Shown here in pieces: positions 11,335 through 25,030 of a stretch of DNA of 64,000 nt. The translations under genes were made by a program, and so were the position numbers. A model generated the notes under the pieces. It saw only the letters and a list, made by a program, of their open reading frames with translations. It searched no databases and had not been told where the DNA came from. Within the stretch, counting starts at the first letter, position 1; every line of letters starts with the position of its first letter. Location: assembly GCF_009914755.1 (NCBI RefSeq), contig NC_060934.1, one strand, 5' to 3'. This DNA is from the human T2T-CHM13v2.0 reference genome, Homo sapiens.

Positions 11335-11710
11335 GTTAGCTATTTAACCAAACCTATTTTCTCTTCCTCTTCAGTGCCCAGCTAGACCATATTTCCAGAC
11401 TCCCTTGCAGTTAGATGCATCCATGTGCCTGAATTTTGGCCACTGGAATATGGAAAGAAGTGAAGTACACCATGTTCTAGGCCTAGCCCATTAACAGAAC
11501 CTCCTGGGCAATCCTATACCCTCCCTCTTCCCATCAGCCTGCTGAAAGGGAAGGATTGGAGTTTCTGGAATAGTTGGAGGGCAAGATCTAAGGAGCTTGC
11601 TCCCTGAATCTGAGCACCTGCAGGTGACTCAGAGACCGAGAACTAAACTACTTTGTGAAGCCTCTGGGAGAGTTCAGGGTTTATCTCTTATAGTTGTTCG
11701 AATTAATAAC
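11335..11710 (+). mobile_element. MLT1 (MLT1G/H-like) LTR
   Basis: TTTCCAGACTCCCTTGCAGTTAGATGCATCCATGTGCCTGAATTTTGGCCACTGGAATATG matches the MLT1 core; degenerate poly(A) signal ACTAAA near the end. Confidence 0.65.
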
Positions 11711-11820
11711 ATTCCCTCAGCCATTAATAACATTCCCTTATAGTGCTTTACATCTATTGGGGTGGACAGATACAAAGTAATCACCCAAATTACTTAGGCA
11801 AAAGAAAAATGCCGTGTTCA

Positions 11821-12119
11821 GGCCGAGTGCAGTGGCTCATGCCTGTAATCCCAGCACTTTGGGAGGCCGAGGCAGGCGGATCACGAGGTCAGGAGATCGA
11901 GACCATCCTGGCTAACACCTTGAAACCCCATCTCTACTAAAAGTACAAAAAATTAGCTGGACGTGGTGGTGGGTGCCTGTAATCCCAGCTATTCAGGAAG
12001 CTGAGGCAGGAGAATGGCGTGAATCTGGGAGGCAGAACTTGCAGTGAGCCGAGATCGGGCCACTGCACTCCAGCCTGGGTGATAGAGCGAGACTCCATCT
12101 CAAAAAAAAAAAAAAAAAG
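11821..12119 (+). mobile_element. AluY
   Basis: AluY diagnostics GATCGAGACCATCCTGGCTAAC and GGAGAATGGCGTGAA; poly(A); TSD AAAAGAAAAATGCC(G/C)TGTTCA. Confidence 0.95.
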
Positions 12120-12407
12120 AAAAATGCCCTGTTCAGTAACACAATACAAGGGCAAGCCTAAATAGATTACAGAGTCACTTTTAAGGAGTTGAAATTTCAA
12201 CTGTGATCTGAAAGAGGAAAATGAATTATTTTATTATAAGGAGGCAGTATAATAATGAAGATAATAATTGGTCCTATGTGACAGAGTTGTTCTAAGGATT
12301 AAGTTAATGTTTTAAATAACCTAATAATAATTATATATATTAATAAATTAGTCAAATGCACAGAACATTGCCTAAGTTGTAAATGTTTATTATTTTTGTT
12401 GTCTTAT

Positions 12408-12706
12408 TTTTTTTTTTGGAGATGGAGTCTCGCTCTGTCGCTTGGACTAGAGTGTGGTGGTGCGATCTCCACTCACTGCAACCTCCACCCCACCCCCCGG
12501 GTTCAAGTGATTCTCCTGCCTCTGCCTCCCAAGTAGCTGGGATTACAGGCACCCACTATCACACCCGGCTAATATTTTTGTATTTTTAGTAGAGTCAGGG
12601 TTTCACCATGTTGGCCAGGCTGGTGTCAAACTCCTGACCTCAAGTGATCTGCCCATCTCGGCCTCCCAAAGTACTGGGATTACAGGAGTGAATCACGGTG
12701 CCTAGC
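12408..12706 (-). mobile_element. AluS (Sx/Sz-like)
   Basis: Full two-arm Alu; TSD GTTGTCTTA(T/C)TTT. Confidence 0.93.
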
Positions 12707-13719
12707 TGTTGTCTTACTTTTGAGTTGTACTTCCTAGGTGTAAGTCCCAGCTCTGCCTCCTACTTGTTATAACCTTGGGCAGTGTACTTAATCTCTCTGA
12801 TTCTCATTTCTTCACCCATAAAGTATTGATGGTAATGATACATACTTTACAGAGTTATTTATGGATCCCTTCTCAGGGCCCAACGTAATGAGTAACAAAT
12901 TTATGGCCTTTTTACTTCAAGTTGTTTTAGGATCCATAGAGATACTCCAAGATCCCTGTTCAGAGAGACCTTGCTGTCATACGCTCAAGAATTAAATAAC
13001 CATTCAAGGCATTGTGTGATTTCATGTAAATAAGAGTGCTTGTATCACTGTTGTGGTCGTATGTTAATTTGAATGGTCAAAGGACCTTTGACTCCCTTCT
13101 GAGGTGCTGCTTAGTTGAATAGTCTACATGCCAGTAGATTTCTGTAGTGTGGCTATTCTATGGATATCTGTAGAGCAAGATCATCTTTTTTAGCAAACCC
13201 TTTTCTGTGTCAGTTTGTTTGAATTCTCTAAAAGCTAGAGATTTATTATTTTGGTTTCATTTTAAAAATGCAGCCTCTTGTGTTTAAATTTATACAAATT
13301 ACTCTTAGATTTAGTCCATGTTAAAAAGAGAGGATTGAAAAAAAGCAGAGAGAGGGTTGGATTAGATAAGTGCTTTTCAGATGGGGTTGGAAGAGCCCCT
13401 AGAATTTATGATTGTCTTTGTCAAACACCGTGTAATTCTGTCCTTTGAAACATAAAATAACTAACAGTATAATTGTGTACTAAATACCTTATTATTCTTT
13501 TAAAGTAATTGATTTTTCAGATTTTAATATATTGTGTATCTATTCAAAAAAATTAAAAATACAACAGAGAGAAAAAATCTATAATCCAACCACTAAAGGA
13601 TGCCTAGTGTTAATATTTGGTAAATTTTCTTTCAATTTTCATTTTATGCATATATATTTTTTTCCCACAAAATTTGAGTCTTACCATATATAATGCTTTT
13701 TTTCTTAGCCTTTAAAAAA

Positions 13720-14350
13720 TAATGACAGTGAGATAACTCACATAATATAAAATTCACCCCTTTTAAAGTATACAATTCAATGATTTAATTTACCATATTC
13801 ATGGAGTTGTACAATCATAATCGTAATTAATTTTAGAATATTTTCATCACACCAAAGAGAAACTCCATACCCATTAGCAGTCACCCCCATCCTCTCCTTT
13901 CCACCCACCCACCCGTCCCTGGTAACTAGTAATCTGCTTTTTGTCTTTATGGATTTGCCTATTCTGGACATTTCATATATGGAATCACGCAATGTTTGGC
14001 CTTTTGTGACGGGCGTTTTTCACTTAGTGTAATGTTTCTAAGGTTCATCATGTTACAGCATATGTTAGTACTTCACTACTTTTTATGACTGAATACTACC
14101 CCGTTGTGTGGATATACCACTTTTTATGTATCCATTCATCAGGTGATAGACATTTGGATTGTTTCCACCTTTTGGATGTATGAATAGTGCTTCTGTGAAC
14201 ATTCATATGCAAATTTTTGTGTGGATATATGTTTTCAATTCTTCTGGTTATATATATCTAGGAATAGAAATGCTGGGTCATTTGGTAATTCCATGTTTAA
14301 TATTTTGAGAAATTACCCAACAATTTTTAAAAAATGGCTGCACTTTTTCG
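13720..14350 (-). mobile_element. L1MB 3' end
   Basis: AAAATTCACCCCTTTTAAAGTATACAATTCAATG..GGATTTGCCTATTCTGGACATTTCATAT..AATGCTGGGTCATTTGGTAATTCCATGTTTAA. Confidence 0.85.
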
Positions 14351-14757
14351 TTTTCATAGGCTGTTTTTTCATCTACCATAATATCATGATTATTTATATA
14401 TGTCTTAAATTTTCTTCAAAAAAATTTATTTTCCTTAAAACGCTCATAACAGATTATGAAAGTATTTTTAATAGCTGACCTACACTCCACTGGTTACATA
14501 AGCAAATTAATTGTTTTCCTAATTTTGGACATTTTACATTATTATTATAAACAATGATACAATGACATTTGTATGCATGTCTATTTCTTTAGTGTAAGTA
14601 TGTAGAGGTAGAGTTATGGGGCCAAAGGGTATAGACATATTTAATATCCTTGATACTTTGATGCCGCACTTTTCTCTCAGAAGAATTACCAACCTATACT
14701 TCCACGAAACTGTGTCCTTTGCTAATTTTTCTAAAGAGAACTTAACAAAAACTTATA

Positions 14758-14975
14758 TGTATTAGTTCTATTGCTGCATAACAAATGACCTCAAGTGTAG
14801 TGGCTTTAAACAATAGAAATTTATCATCTCAGTTTCTGTAGAACAGAAATCTGGCATGGTGTGGCTGTAATCTTTGCTCAGGGCTAAAATCAAGGTGTCA
14901 GCTGGGGTTGCAATTCTCACTTGGGGCTGGGATCTTCTTCCAAGCTCACTTGTTGTTGGCAGGGTTCATTTCCTT
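14758..14975 (-). mobile_element. MLT1 LTR, partial
   Basis: TGTATTAGTTCTATTGCTGCATAACAAATGACC..TAGTGGCTTTAAACAA..TCAAGGTGTCAGCTGGG. Confidence 0.75.
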
Positions 14976-16129
14976 CTCCTACTTTCTATTCATTAAGTTA
15001 TTTTCTTTTTCTGTGAATTAGGAAAAGACACACTTCTATTCTATTCACCTTTAGTAGTTGAATACCTATGCTCTGCAGGCTTGACATTTGAGAACCAGTG
15101 AACTAGATTAATTTTAAGAACCTTCTAGGTATAATATTTTCAGTTTGTTAGCTATGTGGCCATCTTTTTACAATAGAAACCCAACCTTAACTGAATTGGT
15201 GGTCCTTCAGGGGAACTCCTACAATTAACAATGTCAAAGAGACATTTTTTTAAATAGAGAGTTAACATTTCTTTTGCTTGTTACTGCATGTTGAAATACT
15301 TTTTTAAATTGTCAAGTGCTCCATAAACATTAGCTCTTATTGGCATGTATATTTTGGGGGAGCAGTGTGCAGTCTTTCTCTCATCGCCTTTCAGGATTTT
15401 GCCTGTCTCTGGAATTAGAAATGTCAACAGCAGAGATATCAATAATGATAACAACCTTTCACAAGTGTGTTCTGTGGAACTCTAGCCCTGGAAAGTATTT
15501 TCTTGAGCAAAGCATTCCACGATAATCAAGTTTGGGAAACATCACATTTCCACACCCCTCTGAAAAGTCATAGGCATATGAAAAGTTCTTCAGTAAAAAA
15601 TTTGTTTCAATTAGTAGAGCAAGTTTTCCTTGACCATGGAATGAGCATGCTGTGGGCAATGCTGACTTATGTGTCTCCCTCCCTTCATTGGTCAGGTTAA
15701 GCAGAGTTGAGTGGGTCATCTAAACCCTGGGTGATGATTAAGAGCTCAAAGTCCTGGGTTCTGGTGTCCTAGAGCAAATCACCTAACCTGTCTAGGATGC
15801 TAATTCACCCTTGGTAAAATGGTGATGGGGACTTAATTACACATTTTAAAGCCTCAGTTCTAACATTATGGCATTCTATCATTTACTTTATTATAAAAGT
15901 ATAAAGGAAAAAAGTTCTCATAAACACAACCTTGCCAAAAATAAAATAATAACGAAAACCATAGCAAAACCAAAAAATAAAAATCACCTGCTGGACCTCT
16001 CAGGAGCAATTGGATCATGAGAATCTTTACTCATGAATTTTTGCTTAGTCACATAGCGTAAACACATGTACCTATGGGCATATAGTTTGTGATGATCTGT
16101 CTAAATGACAGTCAGGTGTATGTTCCTAT

Positions 16130-16620
16130 ATGTCAGACCCACAAAGTTGGTGGTAATGTGCAAAGAAAAAGGAGAAAAGAAGTTTGACTGGATAGACACA
16201 GTCATGATGGAGAAGGAGAAAACTAGACATGTGGAAAGGAAAGAGCTGAGAGCATTGAATGACTTGGGGCTAAAAGGCAGCCCTTGTTCATTCATGAGGA
16301 TAGGAATAACATTATGAACGGTATGGTTTAGACCAGTTGCTTAGGCTGTAGTGGACAGATGGATCAGAAGAGAGAATTGCCACAAAAACTGGGACTGAGG
16401 CCTTGACAACAACATGGTGGGAAGAGATGGACAGTGCCAGGTTGATGTCTAGAGAAATGTAGAGGAAGGGTTATTGGAACATGATGACTCATAAGGTCTG
16501 ATTGTTGAGGGAGAGGAAGAACCAGTGGGAACACCTGGGTGGAGATCTCAGATGAGGGATGTGGTACAGTTGATGATACGGGGAGGGGGTGTGTGTGCAG
16601 AAATAGTGATTTAGAGGTAA
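16130..16620 (-). mobile_element. L2 fragment
   Basis: Purine-rich L2 antisense motifs such as TGAGGGAGAGGAAGAACC. Confidence 0.45.
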
Positions 16621-17785
16621 AGTGAAAGTTTTACCTCTAAATTTTACTACATGTATTGAGATCTGGAGGGGCTATGAGGCAGACAAATGGAGCTGGCCAG
16701 GCAAGCACATGGGAAGTGGGACTGAGAAAATCACAGTTGCTTTGCATATTAGAAATATGTGTGTTACATGCTAATCTTATTTACTCATGCACTATTGCAC
16801 TGGGCAGGTACCTCTGTACTCCATTTAACATAACTTCTAACTTGTTTGAGGGTAAATTTATTAGTGTTTCAAAACATCTGACATTTATACTGCTTTTCTA
16901 GCCCCATTCTATTTCTCTTTTAGTGAATGTAGTGAGTGGTTGCTATTTCAACCCAAGCACTTGGTGTTCACGTCTTGCTTGTTCCTTGGTGGCTTCTGTT
17001 TGTTAGTTTCTATTGTGGCTTTTGAAGAAGGTACCTGGGTTTGATTAAATTTGTTACACCCTTCAATTATATCAAATTATAGTGGAAGTGTTTTTTGTGT
17101 TTTTTGTTTGCTGTCTTAAAAAGGCAGCAGAAAACAATATCCACATGGACAGGTCTTTAACTTGCATGATTTTGATGGCATGTGGTATGTAGGTCAGGAT
17201 TAGGTGATGTGAGAGGCAGTGTGGCTTTTAATTAAGGCTTGCTACATGCTGGTCTTGGTCAAGTTTTTTTTTTTTGTCTAAGCTTCTGCTCTTTAAGCTG
17301 TGTAATGGAAATACTCATGCTACTTATTTCATTATGTGTTCTAAGACTTCAGTGAGGTGATACATGGATACTGTACTAAAGGCACACAGTTCTTGGTACC
17401 AAGTAAGTATTCAATACATTAGGAATACTATTTTTATTATTATTGGAAATGGAATTATGTGAGGCCTACAACTGATAGAACTGGTTAGAAATTTTAATTT
17501 ATATAGAAAAGAATAAAGGTATGAAAAATAAAAGAGTATGGGAAACAAGATTAGCTTGCTGTAAATGTCTGTTTCTTAGTTTTGTGAGCTTGGCAAGACT
17601 TTACTTCCCTGTGCCTTGAATGAGTACTCGTGTGGCTTGCCTTACAAGAAAATTGCAAGGATTAGTGAATTTATATTGAACTCCTAGACTCTCTGATTGC
17701 AAAGTAGGAAATATTTTTTGCAGCTGTGATACATTAACGTTAGCATGAACCCAGGCACAATTACTGGACTTAGACATTATTTAAC

Positions 17786-18089
17786 TTTTTTTTTTTTTTT
17801 TTGAGACAGTCTCACTCTGTCACTCAGGCTAGATAGAGTGCAGTGGTGTGATCAAAGCTCACTGCAGCCTCAACCTCCCAGGCTCAAGTAGTCCTCCTAC
17901 CTCATCTTCCCAAGTAGCTGGGACTACAGGCGCATGTCACCACACCCAGCTAATTTTTGTATTTTTTGTAGAGATGGGGTTTTGCCATGTTGCCCAGCCT
18001 GGTCTCAAACTCCTGGGCTCAATGATCATCCACCCGCCTCGGCCTCCCAAAATGCTGGGATTACAGGTGTGAGCCACCACGCCCAGCCT
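17786..18089 (-). mobile_element. AluJ
   Basis: Poly(T) plus two arms; TSD TTATTTAACTT. Confidence 0.93.
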
Positions 18090-18659
18090 GCCCTTATTTA
18101 ACTTATGAAACCTTTCAGCATTTCTTAGTCTCCGTACTGAGACTAAGCAGGTACTGTACTGCCTCCCAGGGGTTCAGCGAGGAGGAAACTGTGGGGCAAG
18201 GGCACTGGATGCTCTGCATGTCAGGTTTCAAGCAAAACCTGCTTTTTGGTTGTATTTTGTTTCTTCCTGATCAGAGAGAACTTTCCACAAAACTTCCTTC
18301 TCACTTAGACAAAGCTCAGGAAACCAGTTGTGTAAGATTATAACAGGATGTACTGCAACTGAAACTCTTCTATTGGAGATGTAAAGATTAGCTTAAGCAG
18401 GTGATCAACTGACAGTTCCCCAGGAGTCCATGGAAATGGGAAAGACAATAGCAAACCCATACTATGAATCTGTGGATGGGGACTGAAATGTTCTAAGGGC
18501 TAGGCCCTTAAGGAAGGTGTCCAGGACAAATGAGAACTCCTTGATGGCTTTTCATTAACATTACACCAAGCAATAGCCAGACTTTCTTATGATGTGCATA
18601 CCATTAGCCAAAGAGAAACTGACTTTTGTACTTACATGATCAAGAAGATAATGCACTGT

Positions 18660-18802
18660 CTAGGTGTGGCTCATGCCTATAGTCCCAGCACTTTAGGAGG
18701 CTGAGGCAAGAGGATGACTTGTCAGGCCAGGAGTTCAAGACCAGCCTGGGCAACACAGAGCAACCTTGTCTTTACTAAAAAAGGAATTAAAAAAAAAAAA
18801 AG
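18660..18802 (+). mobile_element. FLAM / free left Alu monomer
   Basis: Single left-arm monomer GTGGCTCATGCCT..GGAGTTCAAGACCAGCCTGGGCAACA followed by an A-tail. Confidence 0.85.
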
Positions 18803-18994
18803 AAGTTAATCCTTAGGATTTTCTGTCTACCTTTTGTTCAGGCAAATAAGGAAGTGAAAGTTTTATCCAATATATTTAAATTGTAGCACACTGAAAGCTC
18901 AAGTGCAAAAACTAGTTTTTGCTGTTACATGCCTCTTATAACACCATTTGGAGGGACAGCTCATGGGAGGAGTCAGCAACCTGAGTTAGACCAA

Positions 18995-19225
18995 AAACTC
19001 CTGAGCCAAACTGCCTGAGATTGAATCCAGGCTTGACCTCTTCCAACTACATGCCGTTGGGCAAGTTTCTTGACCTTTGTGTCTCAGTTTCCAAATCTTT
19101 AAAATGGCAGAATAGCAGTATCTATCTCAGAGTTATAAGGATTAAAAGAATTAATAAATGTATAATGTTAAGAACAATACTTGATGTACATAGTAAGCAC
19201 TAGATATGAGTTAGCTACTATTATT
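18995..19225 (+). mobile_element. MIR SINE
   Basis: TTGAATCCAGGC..TTGGGCAAGTTTCTTGACC..CTCAGTTTCC..TTAGCTACTATTATT. Confidence 0.75.
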
Positions 19226-19360
19226 TTGATAGGTTGGTGGTTAAAACTGTTGGTACTGGACTCAGATGGCTTGAATTTGTGTCCTAGCTCTCTTACTTGT
19301 GAGCTGACTTCACACAGTTATCTAACTTCTTAGTCTTTATATTTGCTAAATGGTTAGACT

Positions 19361-19532
19361 CCTTCCTTCTTGTTTTTTTTCATTTTTGGAGGTGAGATCT
19401 CATGAAGTTGCCCAGATTGGAGTGCAGTGGCTATTCACAGATGTGATCAGAGTGCACTACAGGCTCAAACTCCTGGGCTCAAGCAATCCTCCTGCCTCAA
19501 TCTCCCAAGTAGCAGTCCACTCTGCCCAGCTC
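19361..19532 (-). mobile_element. FAM (fossil Alu monomer) inserted in a MIR
   Basis: Reverse complement contains the FAM/7SL-diagnostic CTGTGAATAGCCACTGCACTCCA; TSD AAATG(G/A)TTAGACT at 19348-19360 and 19533-19545. Confidence 0.85.
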
Positions 19533-20669
19533 AAATGATTAGACTTTTTGTGCCTATTTTATTGGACTTATGTGAGAATTAAATGAGAATTTGCAGAGCA
19601 CTTCATAATTCACACCATGTCTGGTATATATTAAACACTCAATAAGTGTTAGTTATTGGTTTCTTGGTTTTGTTTTTTTTTTTTGTTTTGTTTTGTTTTT
19701 TTTTTTAGATCTCAGAGAGAATGCAATTAGCCCTCAAGCAGAATGTTGGAAAATCTGAGAGTAATATCTTTTGGGGGCTTATCTCCACCTTCAGTTGCTG
19801 GAAGATTGTTCCCAGATTTGTATGCTTGCCACTGAATGACATAGTCAACTGTTGTCTTTCTGAGTTCACCCTCCAGACCATGATGTTCTATAGCAGATCT
19901 TGGCAACACATCAGGTTCCGGGAAAGTACATGAATCATGATGGGACTCTTTAATCTGTACCTCTGAACTTCATAAAAAACATGTGATTCTATTAGCAGAT
20001 CCCTAGCTAAGTTCCATCTTCCCTGCTGTTCTCACATCCTTTCATCTCCTCTCTTTACCCACTGGCACTCACCTTCCATTGCCTTCTCAACTCTTCGCTG
20101 GTCTCCATGTCCAAGCCTCCCTTCCTGTTGTCTTTGATCCAATCCCCAATCCTTTCCCACCTGGACTCCTCTCCCACATGCTCCCTTCCTAATGCCTCTT
20201 CTTCCCATTCTTCAGAACACCTCCTATGCTATGCGCAAGCTCTGTGTACTTCTGCCTCACTCACCACTCTCCCTCCTACTCTTTTCCTTTATGGTGGTTT
20301 TGTTTTTAACTGAAGACATCACATACTCTGCTGTATTCCCATGTGGAAGTCCCACCTTCTTCTGTGGGAAAGGGGGGAATTTTACTTTCTCGTCGCTCTG
20401 TTCTGAGAGTGGATGATTGAACTGCCACTTTCTCCCTGACTCTCATGGGATGTTCATGTCATCTTCCAAGGCCCTTGCTATCGCATTGCCACATCTCGTT
20501 TCCACCATCCTAGATGGAATATTGACAACAGAGCCTGGCACATAGTAGGCATTCTAATATGTGCCACGTGAACATAATAAATGAGCGAGTGAATAATTGA
20601 TTCTTCCTAAAAGGTTTTAGCAACTGCCACACTGCTTTTTGCCTATCCTAAGCACATTTTCTTGTCCTT

Positions 20670-21150
20670 ATTTATTGATTCACTGAATAGACATCTGTAG
20701 AGATGCTAGGTGTGGCTTGCCACTGGGAGTACAGTGGCAAACACGATGTGGTTCTTCTCTTGGAGCATGCCATTTAGTGAGGGGAAGATATATTACATAC
20801 ATAAATTAATTACAGTTGTGAGAAGTGTTTGAAGAAAAAAGTGCAGGATTTTATGCGGCCTAACCTACGGGCGATGAGGGTAGCCAGTGAGGGCTTTTAT
20901 TAGGGAGTGAGGTTCAAATCTGTACTTGGGAGGCAATAGTAATTAGTTAAAGTCAAGGAGGGTGGAGAAGAAGGAAGAGTAAAGAGTTTTTCAGGCAGAG
21001 CATGTTGCACGTACAAAGGCCCTGAGGAGTGAAGGAGCATGGTACACATTGAAGGGGCTGAAAAAAGACCAGACACGCAGGAGCAGGAGTAGGGGGAGTG
21101 GGTGAGGGTACTGAGAGGTGGACTGGGGTCAGGTCTAGGGGCTTCAGCAC
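20670..21150 (-). mobile_element. L2 fragment
   Basis: TTTATTGATTCACTGAATAGACAT..CAGGCAGAGCATGTTGCACGTACAAAGGCCCTGAGG. Confidence 0.65.
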
Positions 21151-21360
21151 TCATTTTGTTAACCTTGATATTTCTTAACATCATGGCTATCCACTGTGTA
21201 CAAAGGATTTTTGCCCTCCATGTTTTTACACATTATTTATTTCTATCCCTGTAAAAGCTCTTTGTCTTATCTTCAACTCAAGAGTGATCACAATGGTGAG
21301 TTTGGAAACAAATTAGTCATAATAAGTCAGGCTAGTTGGACAATTAAGAGCGTGAGCTTT

Positions 21361-21650
21361 GTTCAGACGTGGTGGCTCAGGCTTGTAATCTAGCACTTTG
21401 GGAGGCTGAGGTAGGTGGATCACTTGAGCCCAGGATTTCAAGACCAGCCCAGGCAACATGGCAAAACCCTGTCTCTACAAAAAATTAGCTGGGCATAGTG
21501 GTGCACACTGTAGTCCCAACTACTCAGGAGGCTGAGGTGGGAGAATCACTTGATCACAGGAGGTAGAGGTTGCAGTGAGCCGAGATTGTACCACTGCACT
21601 TCAGCCTGGGTGACAGAGTGAGACTCTGTCTCAAAAAAATAATAAAAGAA
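21361..21650 (+). mobile_element. AluJ inserted in a MIR (MIR continues to ~21860)
   Basis: Two arms plus A-tail; approximate TSD AAGA(G/C)C(G/A)TGAGC. Confidence 0.9.
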
Positions 21651-24289
21651 AGACCATGAGCCTTACAAAGGCAAAGCTGGGTTTCAGGTCCCAGCCTCGT
21701 CACCTTGCTGCTAGGTGATCCTGGGCAAGTTTGACCTCTCTGAGCTTTCATCCGAAAATGAGGACAATAATCTTTACCATGTGGATTTGTTAAGATTAAA
21801 TAAACAAATGTGGTAAAAGTGCTGAGTACAGAACCTGGGTTGCATGAATTGTTCATTACATGGCTGTGCTTGTTGAGGGTCAGGGAGCATTCAGAGTCCC
21901 TGTGCAGTAAGAAACAGAGTAGCCCAAGCCCTTTTTCAGCTGTGTCCCACCTTTTCCTGGCAGAGCCCTGAGCAATAACTGGGGTGGGAGTTCAGGTTTA
22001 TTGATGTTTTATTCTGTGACTGCTTTCTTAGGGTATGAGCCAAAAACTTTTTCTCATTCTTTGTTCTAAACTCAAGAGTATTTGGCACCAGGTTTAGTCC
22101 TAGCCTCTGTTTCTCACTTGCTCCTTAGGGAAACTATCTGTTTTTCCTCTGTTAGCTTGTGTCTGCCTCCTCCTATTTTTATTGTCTCTGGCTCTCACAT
22201 CACCTAAGCCTGACTCCCCATATTTTTATTTCCCACCCCAGCTTCTCACCCAACTCCTGCCTTCACCCGTCCTGGATTCTGGACCTTTGTCTTCCCTGGT
22301 CACTGGAACCTGATTGTCTTTGTTTCAACTGTCCACCAATTTGGTCCCAGACTCTTGGATTGCACTGGATTGGTGATACCATTTATTCCTTTTCCTCCCT
22401 TTGACCTCTCGGCTCTGGGGCCATAGCTCATGTATGACACTTGCTCTATGGAGAAACTTAAACCTTGTTTTCCAAGCTTAGACCCAGAATCATGGCCAAT
22501 CTTCTCTTGGCCTTATGTGCTGTGTGCAAAACCTTATGCTGTTGCTGCTTTTATTTCTTCCTGGATGAGAAAGACATGACCCGTGGATTATCATCATGAA
22601 TTCTACAGGCCTCACTCTGTTGTACTTTAGTCAGATCGCAGGCATGAGGCTTATTGCATCATATTTGCCTACCCCCATAAAATTATGAAATCTCTGGAGA
22701 CAGCAGTTGTCCTTAATTATCTCTGTGTCTCCAGTATTTTGTTCAGGGCCTGTTATACAAAAGAAGGCCTTTAATTAATGTTTTCAGTATTAATTGGAAA
22801 TTGACACTCTGCCAGAAAAGGTCAACCCACAGCGTCAGGGAGGAGTAGGACCATTGGCTGTTAGAGGGCAGCAGGGACCTTGGAATAATTCCAGAAATGG
22901 TATCTCAGCCTCAAGTTATTTGGGGGAATGTCCCATGGCCATTTGACAGAGTCAGTGAGGTGGCCAACCTCTCTGCTTGGGGAAGACTTTCTAGATAACC
23001 ATTAAGGCACAAAAATTGCTGTGTTAATAGCCTTTCCCCCTCCTTTAACCTGTAAAAGATAAGTCTGTGTTTGCTTTGTCAGTGTCCTCTCTTTAAAGAG
23101 GCAGTATTTTGGCTAGCTGAGAGAGAGAAGCTAAGTTCATCTATAAAACAATCTATACTCTCAGGGGGAGGAGAAGAGGCACAAAAATCACAAAGATCTA
23201 TGTGGAGACAGCAAACTTTGGGGAGGTCATTTTGCAGAAGAGTGTTCTGCAGCAGCTAAAGGATAAAAGGAATTGGAGAGGAAAGGGAAAGGGTGAATGG
23301 GCCCCTCTGATATTCTCTAACAAAAGCAAATAAAAGATTTAGCTTGTGAATTAGCTTTCTCTGTCTTTTTCATTGTTCTGTCCCTTGCATCAGGCACAAT
23401 GCTTGGCACATAGATAGCTCTCAGTTAATATTTATTCAATTAATTCCTTAAATAATATTTGTGGCTGTTGGAATTGTATCCTTCAACAAATGATGCTGCC
23501 CAGACTACAAGACCTATAGTCACACAATTCACAGTGTTATGGGGCTTGGAGCACGATCTTTTGAGACCCTAACTCTGGTATGGTGGAGGTATTAATGGAG
23601 AGGCAGGGAGACATGTACCAACTCACTCCCAACTTCACAGTGAAGTGGCCATGCCCTTCTGTGCGTTAGTTCAGGACCAAGGACAGCATTCCTTGGACGC
23701 TCCCCCTCACATTTTAATGCACTATTCCCATGCTTGCGTGTGATTTCAACATCCTGGGCCCCTTGTCTTTCCATTACACCTGCTCTGCAACTTCCCGACT
23801 GGGATCAATCTAATACTGACTTCTCCACTTCTAGATATAGACGGCTAAGTACTGCTGGAGAGAAATGACAAAGCTAAACTTTTGGATGACACACAATTTC
23901 ATGGTTTGTTATCTCAGCTCCACCAAGCAGTCCTAAAATGTCCCTTGTAGTCACTCTTTATCCCATACCCACAATGGTATTCCAAACCTGCATCACTCCA
24001 GCTATTCGCACGTTTGCCTTCCTGTTCTGTCTCCATATATGACTTTGTCTCCTATTTCCAGGGGGAATTGAGGTTACAAAGTGTGAATTCCTTCAACTTC
24101 CTTTTTACACTCACTTTGCTTTCTTTGTTCACCCTTAAAGGAAAAGGTGTCCCTTGGCCTCTTCAAAACAAAACCCCTATCTCTGCTTCTGATTTTCCTC
24201 CCCAACCCTCAGGTCCTCTAGGACCAGACCCTGTTACCTCAGATATTCTCTCCTTCTTCTTGATCTCTGCTGGATCTTCCTAACATACT

Positions 24290-24440
24290 GGTTAGTGACC
24301 CGGACAACCATGAGACTCTGTCATAATCACAAGGACTTCTTATTTAAATATAGAGATTTGGGTACCCTGTTTCTAGCTGACTGAATCAGAGTTTTTGGAG
24401 GTGGGCCCTGGAATCTACATATTTAACCAGGATTCCTGGT
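24290..24440. mobile_element. MER5-type hAT MITE
   Basis: ACTGAATCAGAG..GGTGGGCCCTGGAATCTACATATTTAAC. Confidence 0.55.
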
Positions 24441-24584
24441 TCAGAAAGCACCATTAAAAGCTCTGCCTTTACTCTTGCTGCCCCCAAACATCCTGAACCC
24501 AGGAGCCAGAAAGACCTCTTCATAATGCAAATCTGATCATCTCATTCATTCCTTGTTAAAAGCCAGAGTTTTTGTTTCCTTTAA

Positions 24585-25030
24585 ATAAGTCAGGTTCAAG
24601 GCAGGATACACATGGCACATCAAACTGGACAATATGAAGAGAGTTTAATGCTGGTGATATTTACAAAAGTGTGGCAGGATGTGGGACACAAATAAGGCCT
24701 GAGCAACACCCCAGGGCTAACAGCAAAGGGCCTGAAGGGGGAAGAGGAGGGAGCAATTACTTGTGCAATGAAAGAGGGCTGCTTGGCCAGATGTGAAATT
24801 AGTGGAAAGAGTCATCTAGCCTGCAGCAAGTGGCAGGAAAGTACAGAGTAAAAGAAATACTCCTTCTTCCTCTGCTTCCTCCTTCTGAACCTGGGTTAGT
24901 GCTGGCCTTTGGATGAGGATAAGGGAGACTGGTACAGTGTTTACAGGCCAGCCTCCAGCATCCAGAGCTTGGAGCAGGTGGAGAAGGGAGGAGTATGGGT
25001 CTTGGGGAAGGGGAACATGCAAACAGAAGT
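24585..25030 (-). mobile_element. Old ERVL-class LTR (subfamily uncertain)
   Basis: AGTCAGGTTCAAG..GAAGAGAGTTTAAT..TATTTACAAAAGTGTGGCAGG resembles the antisense start of LTR16/LTR33/LTR41-type elements. Confidence 0.45.
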
